Shown here: piece after piece, positions 27,411-42,901 of the stretch
Position numbering within the stretch: position 1 is the first letter of the stretch
Layout: each line of letters opens with the position of its first letter
Program-made: the position numbers and the translations under genes
The notes under the pieces: model-generated
Told to the model about the DNA's origin: nothing
What the model saw: the letters and a program-made list of their open reading frames with translations, nothing else
Databases searched by the model: none
NCBI GenBank assembly: GCA_964016885.1
Contig: OZ024742.1
Span: 305,412,001 to 305,476,000 of the forward strand
DNA: 64,000 bases
From: Eledone cirrhosa
Taxonomy: Eukaryota
Direction: 5' to 3'

Positions 27411-27550
27411 ATAATAATAAATTTGAAGACTAAAATCCAAAGAGGGCTCGATGAAGATAAATATATATCAAATATATATGAACCGTAGAGCAAGTATTTA
27501 TTAAAATAACAGATTAAAGTTTAAGCAAAGAATCGCTGCTTTCACCCTTC
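27406..27550 (-). mobile_element. TA-anchored repeat family C (variable truncation)
   Basis: taataataaatttgaagactaaaatccaaagagggctcgat.. also occurs at 53262-53346, with stubs at 17990-18020 and 18130-18160. All share the same end adjoining a TA-rich microsatellite. Confidence 0.8.
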
Positions 27551-27621
<71 letters not shown>

Positions 27622-28114
27622 AGAAAGGGAGATAGTGATGAATGGATGAATAAAAGGAAAACCTAGGTTGTAGACTTAAACATATAAACCAAGCTTGTTT
27701 TTATTCGTTTCACACTACTACATCACCAACTATTTCACCAGCTGACATCAGTTTTCACCTATCAAGTGACACTCGGCAAACTTTGTAAATATACCGACCA
27801 ATATCGCTTTAGAACCCAAAGGGTGTAATTTCGATTCACACATAAATCTGATGCAGAATTATCCTCTCATTCAGTTGTGTGTGTGTGAGAGAGAAAGAGT
27901 GTGTGTGTGTGCGCAAGTGCTGTATTTGCTTAACTTAGCAAACCTTGCAGAAATAGAAAATGACGAGCTGAAATATTAAACGATATACCTGAATCTCCTC
28001 ACGCTCTTTCTTTCTCTCTATCTCTCTCTCTCTCTCTCTCTCTCACTCTCACACACACACATATATATATATATAATTTATATTTATGTGTATATATAAA
28101 TATATATATATATA

Positions 28115-28181
<67 letters not shown>

Positions 28182-28473
28182 ATGTGGTGTATATATATAT
28201 ATATATATATACATGTATATATGTGTATCTATAGTCTTAAATGCACGTAACCCATTCATGCATAGTTAGGTGCAAGCAGAAGCATGCTGGCATTGAATTC
28301 ACTATGGTGATAATTGTTTGAAAATATTGTGCGAGAGTTGGAGGAAAGAGTTGGGTAGAGTCAAGCAGGGTGGTTGATGTAAAATAACTAATTGAATAGA
28401 ACAAATGGATCGATTCTAAACTCCACACCTGCGTTCACCGAAATATTGGAGCGTATTGAAGTCGATTGATATA

Positions 28474-28550
<77 letters not shown>

Positions 28551-28703
28551 GTCTCATCATCATTTCTTCATATATTCTCTCACCTTTTCACCTTTATACA
28601 TACGTACATAAGCTACGCACTCATGTATACAAATACTCACATACGCATAAAAGTATAATCTCTCTCACACACACACACATCTATAACTATCTATCTATCT
28701 ATC

Positions 28704-28734
<31 letters not shown>

Positions 28735-28793
28735 CTATCTATCAACCTCTCTCTCTCTCTATATCTCTCTATATATATATAGATAGATAAATG

Positions 28794-28889
<96 letters not shown>

Positions 28890-29326
28890 GCGTGGTTTAG
28901 TGGTTATAATGTTGGATTCCCAATCGAAAGGTTGTGAGTTCCAGTCCCTGACTCTGTATGTGTGTGTGAAGTTTGAACGTTTCTTTCACATTTTTACTAC
29001 GTTGAAGAAGGTTGTATTGTACCATGTGGGTGCTATGTTTTTCTTTATTTTGTTTCAGAGCTCGTTTGAGCAGTTTGGCGTAGTATTGTAATTTTTCTTT
29101 GAAGCGGTTCTCTTTTAAAGATTCACTGTGGAATGTTGCTGCTTTGCCGGATATTATGTATTAAGATATTTTTTCAGAGACCCACCATCTTAAATTCTTT
29201 ATTATGGAAGCTGGTTGGTTGCTATATTTGTTCATATAAAATGGGATTTCTCTTTTCTATAAGAATATTTTCGTGTTATAGTTTTATATCTAAGGTGGGT
29301 TGGAAAAGATAGCTACATATAAATGA

Positions 29327-29372
<46 letters not shown>

Positions 29373-29513
29373 ATGTAGGTGTCAGGATATGTATGTGTGG
29401 GTGTGTGTATGAATATGTATGCATGTGTGTATATGTGTATGTGTGTGTGCTTATCATACGTCTTTTGATTTCCGCCTCTTCTCTTCTATTTTATTTATTG
29501 AGGTACTTATATT

Positions 29514-29570
<57 letters not shown>

Positions 29571-31321
29571 CCCTTTTTAAAGCCATTGTAAAAAAAAATC
29601 AAGATAAACAAAAATTGAACCGTGTCTTCCAGCCAGCCAATGACACCTATTTAGAAACATACAGGTGAATTACTCGACCTGCAGGCTATCAAAACATAAC
29701 TTTCGGTGACATCTAACCGAGATTTCCGTTCCTGACAAGTTGAGTAGGGTGATAAGTTTGTTTAAGAAGCAAACAAAAATGCTTAAGGAGGAGAGAAGGG
29801 GGAACTAGTAAATAAACATAAAGCACTTGGTGTCAAACGTCTAGTCCGTTTTGTCTTCCACTCCTTATTCTAGTCGATCAAGTTCTTATTTTATCGACCT
29901 CATAGTTTAACCCAATCACTTTACTTGAAATATGACATGGAAGAACATAAGTACTTTCACTTGTTACCTTTAAGTATGTAAAAATTATGGTGATCTTATC
30001 TCTCTGCTCCTGGGTCAATCTGTCGGCTTCTATGCCCTCTCTCAACCTGCTAGAAATGCCAACCAAATTTCCAAATTACAACTAACCGTCATAAATTGGC
30101 GCGGCGTAGGACATAATGAAATTGCAGTAATTTTACCTGCCTCCTGCCTTCATTTCATTTTTTCAGAGGTCGAGCAGATAAAAAACTGTCCAGGCTATGG
30201 TTTAGACGAAATAACTAGAGCGTCGTTCGTATAAGTTGCCTCATGTTACTTGTCCCAATTTTTTGCATTCTGTTATGTCAAATCCCAGTGTGGATTATTT
30301 AAATCATAGACTTAATCCACTACTGAGTTTAACACCACTAACTGACTCTTGAGGACCTTTTGTAAACTTCTATTGTAAACTTCTTCACCATTTCGTCAGA
30401 TTGAGAATATCTTCCTATTTTCGTCCAACTCGTCTCAGTCTCTGAAATTGGTTATAGTCACTGGCTTCCATCTAAAACATAACAGTACAATAAATACACG
30501 TTGGATGTGTTTGGGATATATCATGCCTTTAAAAGTTGACGCAGCATGACCTGCTGCTTAAGAGGTTTGCTTAGCAATCATTCACTCCTAAGTTCAATCC
30601 CACTAAATGGAATCTCTGGCAAATGATATTTACTATAGCCTCAGCTCGACTCATGACTTATAAGTGAAACTGGGTAGACAAGAGCTGTTGTGAAACCTGT
30701 CGGTTGAATTGTACCTGTAATTAAAAGAACTAGCTTTGTCACATACTTTCACAATGAATCGCCCTAAGAATTACATGATAATTTCATAAGAGGCTGTTCC
30801 GTTGATAGAACGCTCATCGTCGAAGCCAATGGAGATCCCTTCCATTCCATGCCTAAAATGAGTGTATTAGTTTTTCAGTAACAACACCAATGCGATGATT
30901 ATGATCATCATCATCATTGTAATTATCATTAACAACCAACCTCCTCATCATTAAATCTTTTTATTAAACCTCTCTGTTTCTCTCTCACCACACACACACA
31001 CAAATACACCCCCCCCCCCACACTCTCTACACACACATTTTCTCTCTCTCTCTCTCCACACTCATATACACTCTTTCACTACCTCGCACTCTCTTTCTCT
31101 CCTCCTTTCTCACTTCCCTCTTCCTTTCTCTCTTCAACTAAATCACCATATTTTTCCCTTCTCCTTAAATGTTTTCCATCACTTACACAACGTCCATACC
31201 TAAAACACCAATAATCTTCATAACACTCCCACCGCCAACATTATTAATACCACTATCAACTATCACCACCGCTGCTGCTGCTGCTACTACAACTACGAAG
31301 CTAATATTTAAATAAGCTTTC

Positions 31322-31490
31322 AGCCTGCTAGAAATAGCAGCCAAATTTCACCCCGATTCACAATTGAAGTCTGTAAACAAATGTTGGCTTTAGTCCAAGA
31401 TACACTATGCTTGGGGAAAAAAGAAAGACAACTGATGACGCCTGGAATGCTTTTGGTCACAACTGTTGAATTAGAGTTGACATGGTGCTA
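31322..31490 (+). mobile_element. Dispersed repeat family S3 (SINE-like, diverged)
   Basis: ctgctagaaatagcagccaaat..c..gaatgc(c)tttgatca motif shared with 34345-34520, 38905-39080, 49860-50460 (three tandem copies), 50560-50730 (reverse), 56430-56570 and 59155-59335. Confidence 0.65.
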
Positions 31491-31987
31491 AGCAGCAGCA
31501 GCAACAACAACAACAACAACTGCTACTGCTACTACTGCTGCTGTTGCTACTACTACTGCTACTACTGTTGTTGTTGTTGTTGTAACAATGATTACATAGA
31601 AAATATTGAATGAGAATAGACAAAGAAATAGTGAGAGACAGTGAGAAAGGGGGAATGAGGGCAGAGTGAGTGGATAAAAGGTGAAGGTGATATTGTCTGG
31701 ATGTGAATGAAGGAAAAGACTGAGAGAAGCTCGAAGACTGAATACCAAAGATAAAAATGTGTGTGTGTAAAGAAATACAAATTTGACTTGTCTTTGATAT
31801 AATATATAGGCTGTGCCCTAACATAGAACAATAAATATTAATAAAGGAAGAAAATATATACTTTATATATATTTTATATAAATATAAATATAATTATATA
31901 TAAAAATATATATATATTTTATATATATATATAATTTTATATATCCATATATATATGTATATATATATATATACATATATATATGTG

Positions 31988-32035
<48 letters not shown>

Positions 32036-32233
32036 TATATACATACATATATATATATATACACACACACACATATATATACACACACACACACACACTC
32101 ATATATATATATATAATTATATATATATATATAATTATATATATATAGGCAAGACACAAAACAAGGAGTGCAGTACAAACAGTGTTGGTAATAGGTTCAC
32201 GCTTGAGAGTGGGGGGTGTGGGACGACGTTTCG

Positions 32234-32364
<131 letters not shown>

Positions 32365-32559
32365 GTGCGTGTGTGCGTGTGAATAAGTGTGTGTGTAAAC
32401 TGAAAAACACTAATACATATACAAAGCGAGGAAACGAAAAAATAGAGGGATGTATAAAGATATTTTTCTATATAAAAATGTGATAAATAAAATATAGATA
32501 ATATAAGGAAGAAAGGATATAAAACAGATAAAAAAGTTAAAACGAAAGAAAAGTGGTAG

Positions 32560-33060
32560 GGAGGGTGGAGGTGGGGAGATTAAGAAAGAGGAAGAGAGAG
32601 GTGGAAATGAGGAGAGTAAGAAAAATGGAGAGTGGTCGTTGGGAATGAAAAAAAGAGGAAGGGAGTGTCTGGTGGGAGAGTAAGAAAGAGGGAGAGAGTG
32701 AAGAAGTGGGGCGAGTAAGAAAGACGAAGAGAATGAGGAAGTGGGGAGAGTAAGAAAGAGGGAGGGAGTGAGAAAATGGGGAGAGTAAGAAGGAGGGAGG
32801 GTTGAAGAAGAGGGAGAGAGTACGGAAGTGGGGAGAGTAAGAAAAAATGGAGAGTGGCGGAGGTGAGTGTAAGAAAGAGAAAGGGAAAGTGGTGGTGGCG
32901 AGAGTAAGAACGAGAAAGGGGAGAGGAAGTGGGGAAAGTAGGAGAAGAGGAAGGGAGGTGAGGAGAGTAAGAAAGGGGAAGGGAGGGTGGTGGTGGGGAG
33001 AGGTAAGAATGAGGAAGGGCGAGTGGTAGTGGGGAGAGGTAAGAAAGAGAGTGAGGGAAA
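32560..33060. repeat. Degenerate purine-rich minisatellite (core ggggagagtaagaaa)
   Basis: About 10 recurrences of gagtaagaa at 30-80 bp spacing, with an almost pure purine/G-T strand. Confidence 0.85.
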
Positions 33061-33254
33061 GAAAGAAAAGTAAAAATAAAATAAACAAGAGGAGTGTGAG
33101 AGTGACAATAACACAAGAATCTAAACCTCAAATAAATAGGGCAATATTGTTTGAGAGAAAGGAAAAATAATTTCACTGTCTACATGAGAATTTTCGCAAC
33201 ACCCATACATACACCACTACAGCTACTAACACCACTATTATTGACGTGGTACTG

Positions 33255-33285
<31 letters not shown>

Positions 33286-33312
33286 ATGTGTGCGTCTCTC
33301 TCGCTCTTTCTC

Positions 33313-33356
<44 letters not shown>

Positions 33357-33412
33357 GAGGAAGAGAGAGAGTATGTGTGTTTGTGTGCATATATATATAT
33401 ATATATATATGC

Positions 33413-33500
<88 letters not shown>

Positions 33501-34534
33501 GAATGTCTGTGCATTTGTATTTATTTATGTGGATAAATGAAAGGAAGCTATGTATGTCATATACAGAAATATAAAATTGTATTAGTGAACTCCAATATTG
33601 TACCCGTTCACTTAGCATAACCACAATCAAAGCCGCCAAGACCGGTAGAAAAATAGTGAAGAAGAGACAGCCTTGGCAGACGTTTTGAATACCTAAACCA
33701 ACAATTAGAACAGTGGAGCCCCTTTGCACTTTGTTTCTTTTCCCTCCTTTGTTTCCTTTTCGGTGAAAGACACATGTGATTAGCAGGACATACCGACACA
33801 TTTATACAAATCCCTCCCCAAATAAGTATGGAGTAGAATTGAATAAGTACTGTTGCTCAATATGATCAACAAAACAGTTGAAGGCTGTGCCTAGGCATAG
33901 TAATAGTCATAGAACTTAAACCCATTATTGGACTCCCGTCAGTTATGCCGTTAGTTCAATTCCGGCCGCGAGTTGTGATCTTGAGCAAGGCATTTTGTTA
34001 CAATCCACTTAACTGGAAAATGAATTCCATCTGCCATTCAAAGAGCCTGCCTTATCACTTATTTAATCACACATCCCGAAATATATTTGAAAAATGTGTA
34101 TTGCTTTATTAACAGACGAGAATTATCCTGCAGTTTCTTGTCTGAAAATCTGATGCTTGTGTGATGATATGTCAACAAAACGTTTGCTAGATGTCTATGA
34201 TTAAAACGTAAAAAAATTAAACCCATGAAAGCAATTTAAAAACAAATTGTCATCATTGTATCATATGAATTAGGTTCCATTTGCTGTTACTAATTAAGAA
34301 TGGAGCCAACGAGGCGAACATCTTCATGGTCGGTGTACTTTCCAAAAATAATAGCTAAATCTCCCTCACATCACCCTGTACAATCTTTAAAAGGAAAAAA
34401 AATTATCACTAGATATTGTGAAGATATTATCACTAGATATTGTCAAGTAATAGTCCGTTATTCGTGTTTGGATTGCCTTTGATCACAAGTCTTCAAGTTC
34501 TGAGTAGACAAATGACTAAACTACAACAACAACA

Positions 34535-34589
<55 letters not shown>

Positions 34590-34602
34590 TAAGAAATTGT
34601 TT

Positions 34603-34772
34603 AATAATTGTTTCTACTTTCGGCACAAGGCCAGCAATTACCCCAGTGCATTACTGATACTTTATTTTATCGACCCCGTAAGGATGAAAGGTTAATTTAA
34701 CCTCAGCGGGATTTGAACGTAAATGGCCATAAGTCTATGCTGCAAAGCATGGAGTCTGACGCTCCATCGATA
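34603..34772 (-). mobile_element. S1 SINE
   Basis: ttgtttctactttcggcacaaggccagcaatta..tttattttatcgaccccgtaaggatgaaagg..ggatttgaac. Confidence 0.88.
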
Positions 34773-35087
34773 ATGTAGTTACAATCGTTAGAGTATTTCG
34801 TCTGAGTCAGCATGGTAAATATATATCTAAGTTAAATTACGACAAAATCTTAATTTTACTCATAATTTATACTGACTTGTCACAGGTCTGGACAAGTTTC
34901 TTGAGTTGACTCAACACCAAAATTATTGACTGTAGTGTTGTTACTCAACTACAAGAAACAGTAATACAATAGGCATGCATCTGTGAGCAACTTATGGTCA
35001 GTGGTCAGATACAAGAACAGAAGATCAATGCCTAAAACTGGATCGAAATTATAGCCGATAAATAAAAACAAAAGTCGAGGTATATTT

Positions 35088-35126
<39 letters not shown>

Positions 35127-35204
35127 GGCATGAACGTATATCTCTCATATACATATATATGTGTGTGTGTGTGTGTGTGTTTCAGTAGATATATATTATA
35201 TATA

Positions 35205-35251
<47 letters not shown>

Positions 35252-35325
35252 ATTTATATATTTACATATATTTATTTAGAAGTATATATATAGATACATA
35301 TACATCTATACGTATATGTACATGA

Positions 35326-35364
<39 letters not shown>

Positions 35365-37275
35365 CGTGTGTATATATATATATGCGTGTATGTACATGTA
35401 TATAAACGTATATATATGTATGTATAGATATATGTATACATATATATATATGTGTGTGTGTGTGTGTTTGTATGTACAGATACATACATATATGGAGAGA
35501 GGGAGACAGAGTTTTGTTGAAATATTTAAAACGTAAAGATAAAAGATCTTTAGATTGATGTTAATTGGGTGAAAGTTCACTTAGAGTTGAGTATATCATC
35601 TGAGAAATCAGAGTTGCATCTCTAGTGGGATAGCATTTCCAACGGGACGGTTTTAGTGTGCTTCCGGCTATCTCATATGAAATAGAAAGGCAATGCAGTC
35701 AGCCGAAGCCGGCCTGTGATGTACGGTTTCTTTGAATGTTTACCCTGAGGTAGAGAGCATATCCGCTCTTGTCTCTTGATAAGTCTTTGATTTTTGATAT
35801 AAACTTTTTATATCTCTGCACCGGGATTTTATATAGCTAAGAGTAAGGAAACGCTATTTGAATGAATGGAGAGATGAGACCTTATAAAAGTCATTCTTTT
35901 CTAATGTCAGTTTTTTGTTCATATTCTTTTTTTTTTCTCCTCTTCTTGTTTACTCACAAACAGTATTTATTTCCCTGTTCTATGTGATTTTGCGATTCTT
36001 TTTGAAGTGCATAATTTTGGGGCACTTGTGAAATATAGGATTCTAAGTAACCTTTCAAATGCAGAATTAAAGCAATATCATTTCTGATCATATTTACGGT
36101 GTAATATTAAAGACTAAATTCACTATCGATCGCTTCTGAAGTATTTTTGTGTTATTCGCATCTGATACATCACTTTGATACAAATAGAAGAAAACCTGCT
36201 ACCCGAGTTTGAAGTTAAGCAGTTACGTTATAGATCATATCTCCCTCTCACATTAAACCCATTTCTCTCACCACTTGTTTCTTTTATTTTGTCACTCACC
36301 ATTCCGCATCGACAATTCACGTTTTAAAACGAAAACATCTGTTGAAATTTATCAAAACTATACTTCAACATTTAACGGTATCTCGTTTAAATTTTCTTTA
36401 ATACGTCGCCGCTAGAAATTGATAAATGATCCCTTGAACATTTACCAGGTATACGACATCACGTGAACGATACACCTCTCGATTAGAGGCGGCAGACTGG
36501 CAAACTAACTTAAAGCCTTGCGGTAATTTCGCTGCTCTACTTTCTGGGTTCAAATCCACTGAGCTTAATTTTACCTTTCTTTATTTCGTGATTGATATAC
36601 CAATCCTGAGCAATTGATGAAATTGTTAGAGCATTGAAATGGATACCTATGTGATATATGTTCTGGAAGGTGACATTCTGAGTTCAAATCACGCCATCTG
36701 TTAGCAGAATATGGTGATGATAGAAGTGGGGATACCTATCATTAAAACATCCAAGAAAATTCCTATGAGATGCAACTACATAGAAGGCCAGCTAAATGTA
36801 TGCAGGTGTGAGAGGTAACAAGAAACTTAACCGTTGTACATAACTGAACTTCAAGAATTACAAAGAATTTACATGATCCTTATCAGCGATTTTCCATTGA
36901 AATTCGTTTGCCATTATGAATTGATGCGTCTGCCATCCAAACGTCAAATGCATCTGCTGTCGAATGAATGGAGATGAATTGGCGGAACACAAAGTCGTTA
37001 TTTCTATAAGAATGTCTACAAAATCAAAAGGTTGGCTCTGTATACTCAAGTATTCTCTGGAATAAACATTATGGAGATTGACCCGAAAGAAACTTGTGTT
37101 TGTATACAAGTATATGTATCGTACGATATATATATAACATGTCTCTGTGTTTGTATGTTTATCACTTAAACTTCCATTACTTAATATACATCCCTTTGAT
37201 ACCTTCAAAATATACCTATTATTTATTTCGATCCCATGCTCTCTACTGTATGTCCATTCTGTATTCCTCTCTCTC

Positions 37276-37368
<93 letters not shown>

Positions 37369-37680
37369 ATATATATATATATATAGAAATACATACTTAC
37401 ACACACGTGTGTCTACTGCATTTTTATCTCGTTCTTCGTCTTGTAAAATACTTCAGAACAATGTGTAATTATTTTGTTAAAAACTGTGAACACGAATGAA
37501 CTAGCAGAAATGTCAGTAAGAGTTGAAATTACATAGTCAATTTCGACAGACGATGTTCACGGAGTTTTTTATCTTATATTTATTTCCAATTCTTATTGTC
37601 TATATACATCTTGTCCCCCCATTCATCTGCCCTTTGATTGTACTTGTTTCAAGATTTAATGTAAATGTTGCCAATTTTAC

Positions 37681-37727
<47 letters not shown>

Positions 37728-37750
37728 TGTGTGTGTGTGTGTATGTGTGT

Positions 37751-37835
<85 letters not shown>

Positions 37836-38598
37836 TGTGCTTGCTTGTGTATGTGTACACCCGTGTGTGTGTGTTGCAAAATTAGGTGCAAAAAAAAAAT
37901 CTCAACGATCACAGGCAATCGAAATTGACGTACACATTTTCGCCTTCTGCCGACAATACAGCTAATATATTCGACGCGAAGTTTTAAAACGAAAACGAAG
38001 CAGAAATCTAGATGAAATTACATGGCTAGGACAAAGTACGTATATAATTAAATATTCGATGTTTATGTCCGAACAAAGTGTGACGAAGATGGTTAGTTAT
38101 TCCAATGGGGAGAAAAATCGACAACAGAGTAGGTGATATTTAAAATGGACAATATGTGTCAATAGTTTGATAGCCACGTCCTAAACGATCTAATGGCATC
38201 GGGGCGACCAGCACGTAGGACCCTATTTTCTCATAATACAGAGAGATGGGCAGGGCGAGAGAGATGGAGGCGATGACAGTATGAGTTTGGCTATTCCGTG
38301 TTCGGACCTGGTGTGTAGCATCAGTTGTCCGTAGGGAGGTAGTGGTTTGTACTTAGCGATTCCTGTATGTATCATGAAAACTCAAGGAGGACGATAACAA
38401 ACAATACATAACACAACATATGTGTATTTTAAGTCTATAATTCATGGGATAGAAACGGAGAGGTTGTGGTGAACGTAATGAGAAAATCAACAATGGAGGA
38501 GGAGGGACCGCGTGCGATATACTTAATATGAAAAATTGGCAACGAATACAAAATGTCCATGGTCATTAGATTTCGAAATGGACATTTCATATATATAC

Positions 38599-38685
<87 letters not shown>

Positions 38686-38713
38686 GTGTGTGTGTGTGTA
38701 TGTGTGTGTGTGT

Positions 38714-38781
<68 letters not shown>

Positions 38782-39223
38782 TAGTTCTATCATCTAGTCA
38801 GTCCATGTTCATATTTATGAATATCGTTATGTTTAGACTTCAGCTATTCAACATATAATAAAGGGCGACCAACAAGGAAAACTCTATACAATCAATCATC
38901 CCGCTAAACATTTCAGAGAACTCTCCTCTAAACCTCATTCTGTCGACTTGTAAATATAGAAAAATATAGAATAATGTTGTCTGGTATAAACTAATCCGAA
39001 GATATAACAGTATGGTCATGACTTGAATGGCCTTTGATCATAGCTCTGTATAATGACAGGCCTTGGGCTAAACAATAATATCATACGTTAGATGTCACAT
39101 TTCTTTGTTTGAAATATCTCATGCTACATAAAAGTCAGTCGTTGTGCGAGGGTGAACCTAGAAATTCAACCTGACACCTTATCTCTATCGTAGAATTCCG
39201 GTGTTTCCAACAAATCTTCATTA

Positions 39224-39350
39224 TACGGCCCTTGCCGTTCTGAGTTCAAATCCCGCCGAGGTTAACTTTGCATTTCATCCTTACAGGGTCGATAAAATAA
39301 AGTACCAGTAATGCACTGTGTAATTGCTGGCCTTGTGCCAAAAAGTAGAA
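39224..39350 (+). mobile_element. S1 SINE, 5'-truncated
   Basis: ttctgagttcaaatcccgccgaggttaactttgcatttcatccttacagggtcgataaaataaagtaccagt. Confidence 0.9.
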
Positions 39351-40131
39351 TAAAGTATGATCAAAATATAAAAAAATAAACAACAAAACCATGAAAATTA
39401 TAAGCCTCTAAGCTATACGACTATATTTATAACACAGATAATTATGAATATTATATTTTATTATATAGACAATTATTAATATAAAAGCATTACAAAAACT
39501 AATAAAATTTTATATATCTACGAAGCTAATTATTTATTCAAGAGATTAATTCAAGAAGTGATTAGACTAAAGATAAGCTAAAATGGCTGCTGAAATATAT
39601 CAATGTGCTATTTTGTCGATGTATTAACCTGCGTTGTCTTCTGAAAGCCCTAACTGCATATTGCTGCTAATGTTTTGAGTGGGAGTTTGCAAGATCGACC
39701 GGAGAGTCGGTTAGAAAGCGGGAAGTCATACATGAACAATAAACATTAATGCATTAATAGCATTATAGATTTTTCCAGCTAAATTCCCACAACGCTGTGT
39801 CGTTTCCAGTCACGTGGAAGAATCCTTTCGGTTATCTCTTGCCTTACTCACATGACCTATGACAGCTTGAGGTATGGATCCAAACGCTAGAACTTGATCC
39901 AGCACCACCTGCACATTATAATCTCTCTCTTCCTCCTTGTTCCTTGTGTGGAACTACCAGCGAAATAATCCCCAGCCAATAAAGAAACAGTGGCAAACAA
40001 GACGAGGAAGGAGATGAAGAAGTAGAAGAAGAATAACAGAAACAGCAGTGATGATGATGACGTAGATGATGACGAAAATCTGAATTGAAACATTTCCAAA
40101 GTTTTCCAAGTCAATAGCTTTTACAAACGTG

Positions 40132-40190
<59 letters not shown>

Positions 40191-40423
40191 ATAACAACAA
40201 GTGTTATTACATGATAATCCACAACCACATCACAGGAATATCACCAGAATTCAGACAATGATAAACCTTACTCCACAACTACTACCACCATCTGCAACAA
40301 CACACCATCAACAACACCACCACCGCCACCACCAATGCCACATCCTCTTTTTCCTCACCCACCACTATCATAACTACCCTCATCTATATTTTAATCTTCA
40401 TCTACCAACTCTTCCTGCTCTTT

Positions 40424-40490
<67 letters not shown>

Positions 40491-40621
40491 CCATCATTAT
40501 TATCATCATCACCATCATTATTATCATCATCACCATCATCATCATCATCATCATCACCACCTTCATCATCATCTTCATCATCATCATCATCACCACCACC
40601 ATCATTATTATCATCATCATC

Positions 40622-40652
<31 letters not shown>

Positions 40653-40706
40653 CCATCATCACCACCACCACCACCACCACCATCATCATCTTCATCACCA
40701 TCATCA
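40424..40706. repeat. Compound (CAT/CAC)n trinucleotide tract
   Basis: Source of the poly-His, poly-Asp and poly-Met ORFs; a pure (CAT)n run also lies at 40132-40190. Confidence 0.95.
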
Positions 40707-40992
40707 TAATTAACAACAAAACTACCAAGACAAAGCACAACAACAATATTCTAAAGTAGTTTCAAAGATCTTAGCAACTTTTTCAACTTTTACAGGTCAA
40801 CAAAGAGTGATATCTGTTTTTGCCATTTTCCCACTTTGACCTTGCTTTATCCTCTCCACCTTGCTCTTCTTTGCAACATCTGCCCTCTGCTGGGCTCCAC
40901 TGAAAATTTCCTCTTATTAAGAAGTAGAAGTAGAGAATCATTGGTTTGGCAAGGATATTTTCGAATATGAAGTATCGACCAGAATGAAAATC

Positions 40993-41555
<563 letters not shown>

Positions 41556-41760
41556 TTTTTCGCCTTAACTCTTACTTTCTGTACCATAATTACAGTTTTA
41601 TTCTTTCATTCATATTTTTTTTTTTCAGCAAACCCATTTTTTGGATAAACGATCATTTATATTCTATCCTATCTTTTTCCCCTCTTAAATTTCCACCCTC
41701 TCTCTTTATATAGATACAGACACACACATACACACATATATATATGTATATGTGTATATA

Positions 41761-41882
<122 letters not shown>

Positions 41883-41884
41883 AT

Positions 41885-41924
<40 letters not shown>

Positions 41925-42713
41925 GTTCATTTTACTCTCTCTCTTCCCCTTTCTATCTCGGTCATACTATACTTTAGGCATAGTTTTTCTCCATATACAC
42001 ACATACACACATATGCACAATACTATTTTATACCTTTCCCCCCCTCTCCTTTTCCCTCTTTCTCCGACCCCTCTCTTTTACTAAAATAGTTCTTACACAT
42101 CCACCACCACTGCTCCTCCCCTTCAGTTATTTTAACAAATTCTTAGCCAACAAGAACGTTCAACTCCACCTTGGTCTAATTCGCTCCTTACAACAAATCT
42201 AACATTCACATTTCCATTCTTCATATATCTCATTGCTTCTTCTTTTCTTTCATCTGTTCTCCTCTCTATTTGTTGTTTTTCTCTTTTCTTTTCCTTTTCT
42301 TATTCTACTTTGTTTTTCTTCTTCTTCTTCTTCTTCTTCTTCTTCTTCTTCTTCTTCTTCTTCTTCTTCTTCTTCTTCTTCTTCTTCTTCTTCTTCTTCT
42401 TCTTCTCTATCTTATATCGATCTGTGATTCCAAACATGATCTTCTGTCATAATCCTTCCATTTCATCTCAGCTTGAAACAATACCTCTTTACCTTTAAGA
42501 TTCTCTCTTCTATTTCAAATAATACCAGCTAATAAATGTAACATTCATTTCATTCTTTCTCTCCCTATGTATATGTAGACCTCTCTGCGTGTGGGAAGTG
42601 GGGGTGGGGGTGTATTCAATCATATTATTATCTATATTTTCAGCCATACATCTATCAGCACTTACAGCCATCTACTCATTTATCTGACTGTCTTTCGTTC
42701 TCTCTCTTCTTCT

Positions 42714-42798
<85 letters not shown>

Positions 42799-42834
42799 GA
42801 TATGTATATTGACGAGAGAGAGATAAGACGCGCG

Positions 42835-42901
<67 letters not shown>

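Noticed and set aside
28888-28955. tRNA-like sequence (gtggtttagtggtta..gagttccagtccc)
   Set aside because: A/B-box-like, but no clean cloverleaf or acceptor stem; best explained as a decayed SINE head.
35020-35090. cagaaga..gatcGAAAttatag..aataaa before (TA)n
   Set aside because: Possibly an old hammerhead tail, but the core and stem I are too degenerate to support.
39575-39830. Promoter-like motifs (aaaatggc, gcgggaag, cacgtg), plus octamer ATTTGCAT at ~8227, 17887 and 26521
   Set aside because: Short motifs expected by chance; no transcript evidence.
40201-40746. Poly-His / poly-Asp-Gly ORFs as real low-complexity proteins
   Set aside because: Open in several frames on both strands purely because of (CAT/CAC)n; no flanking domain.
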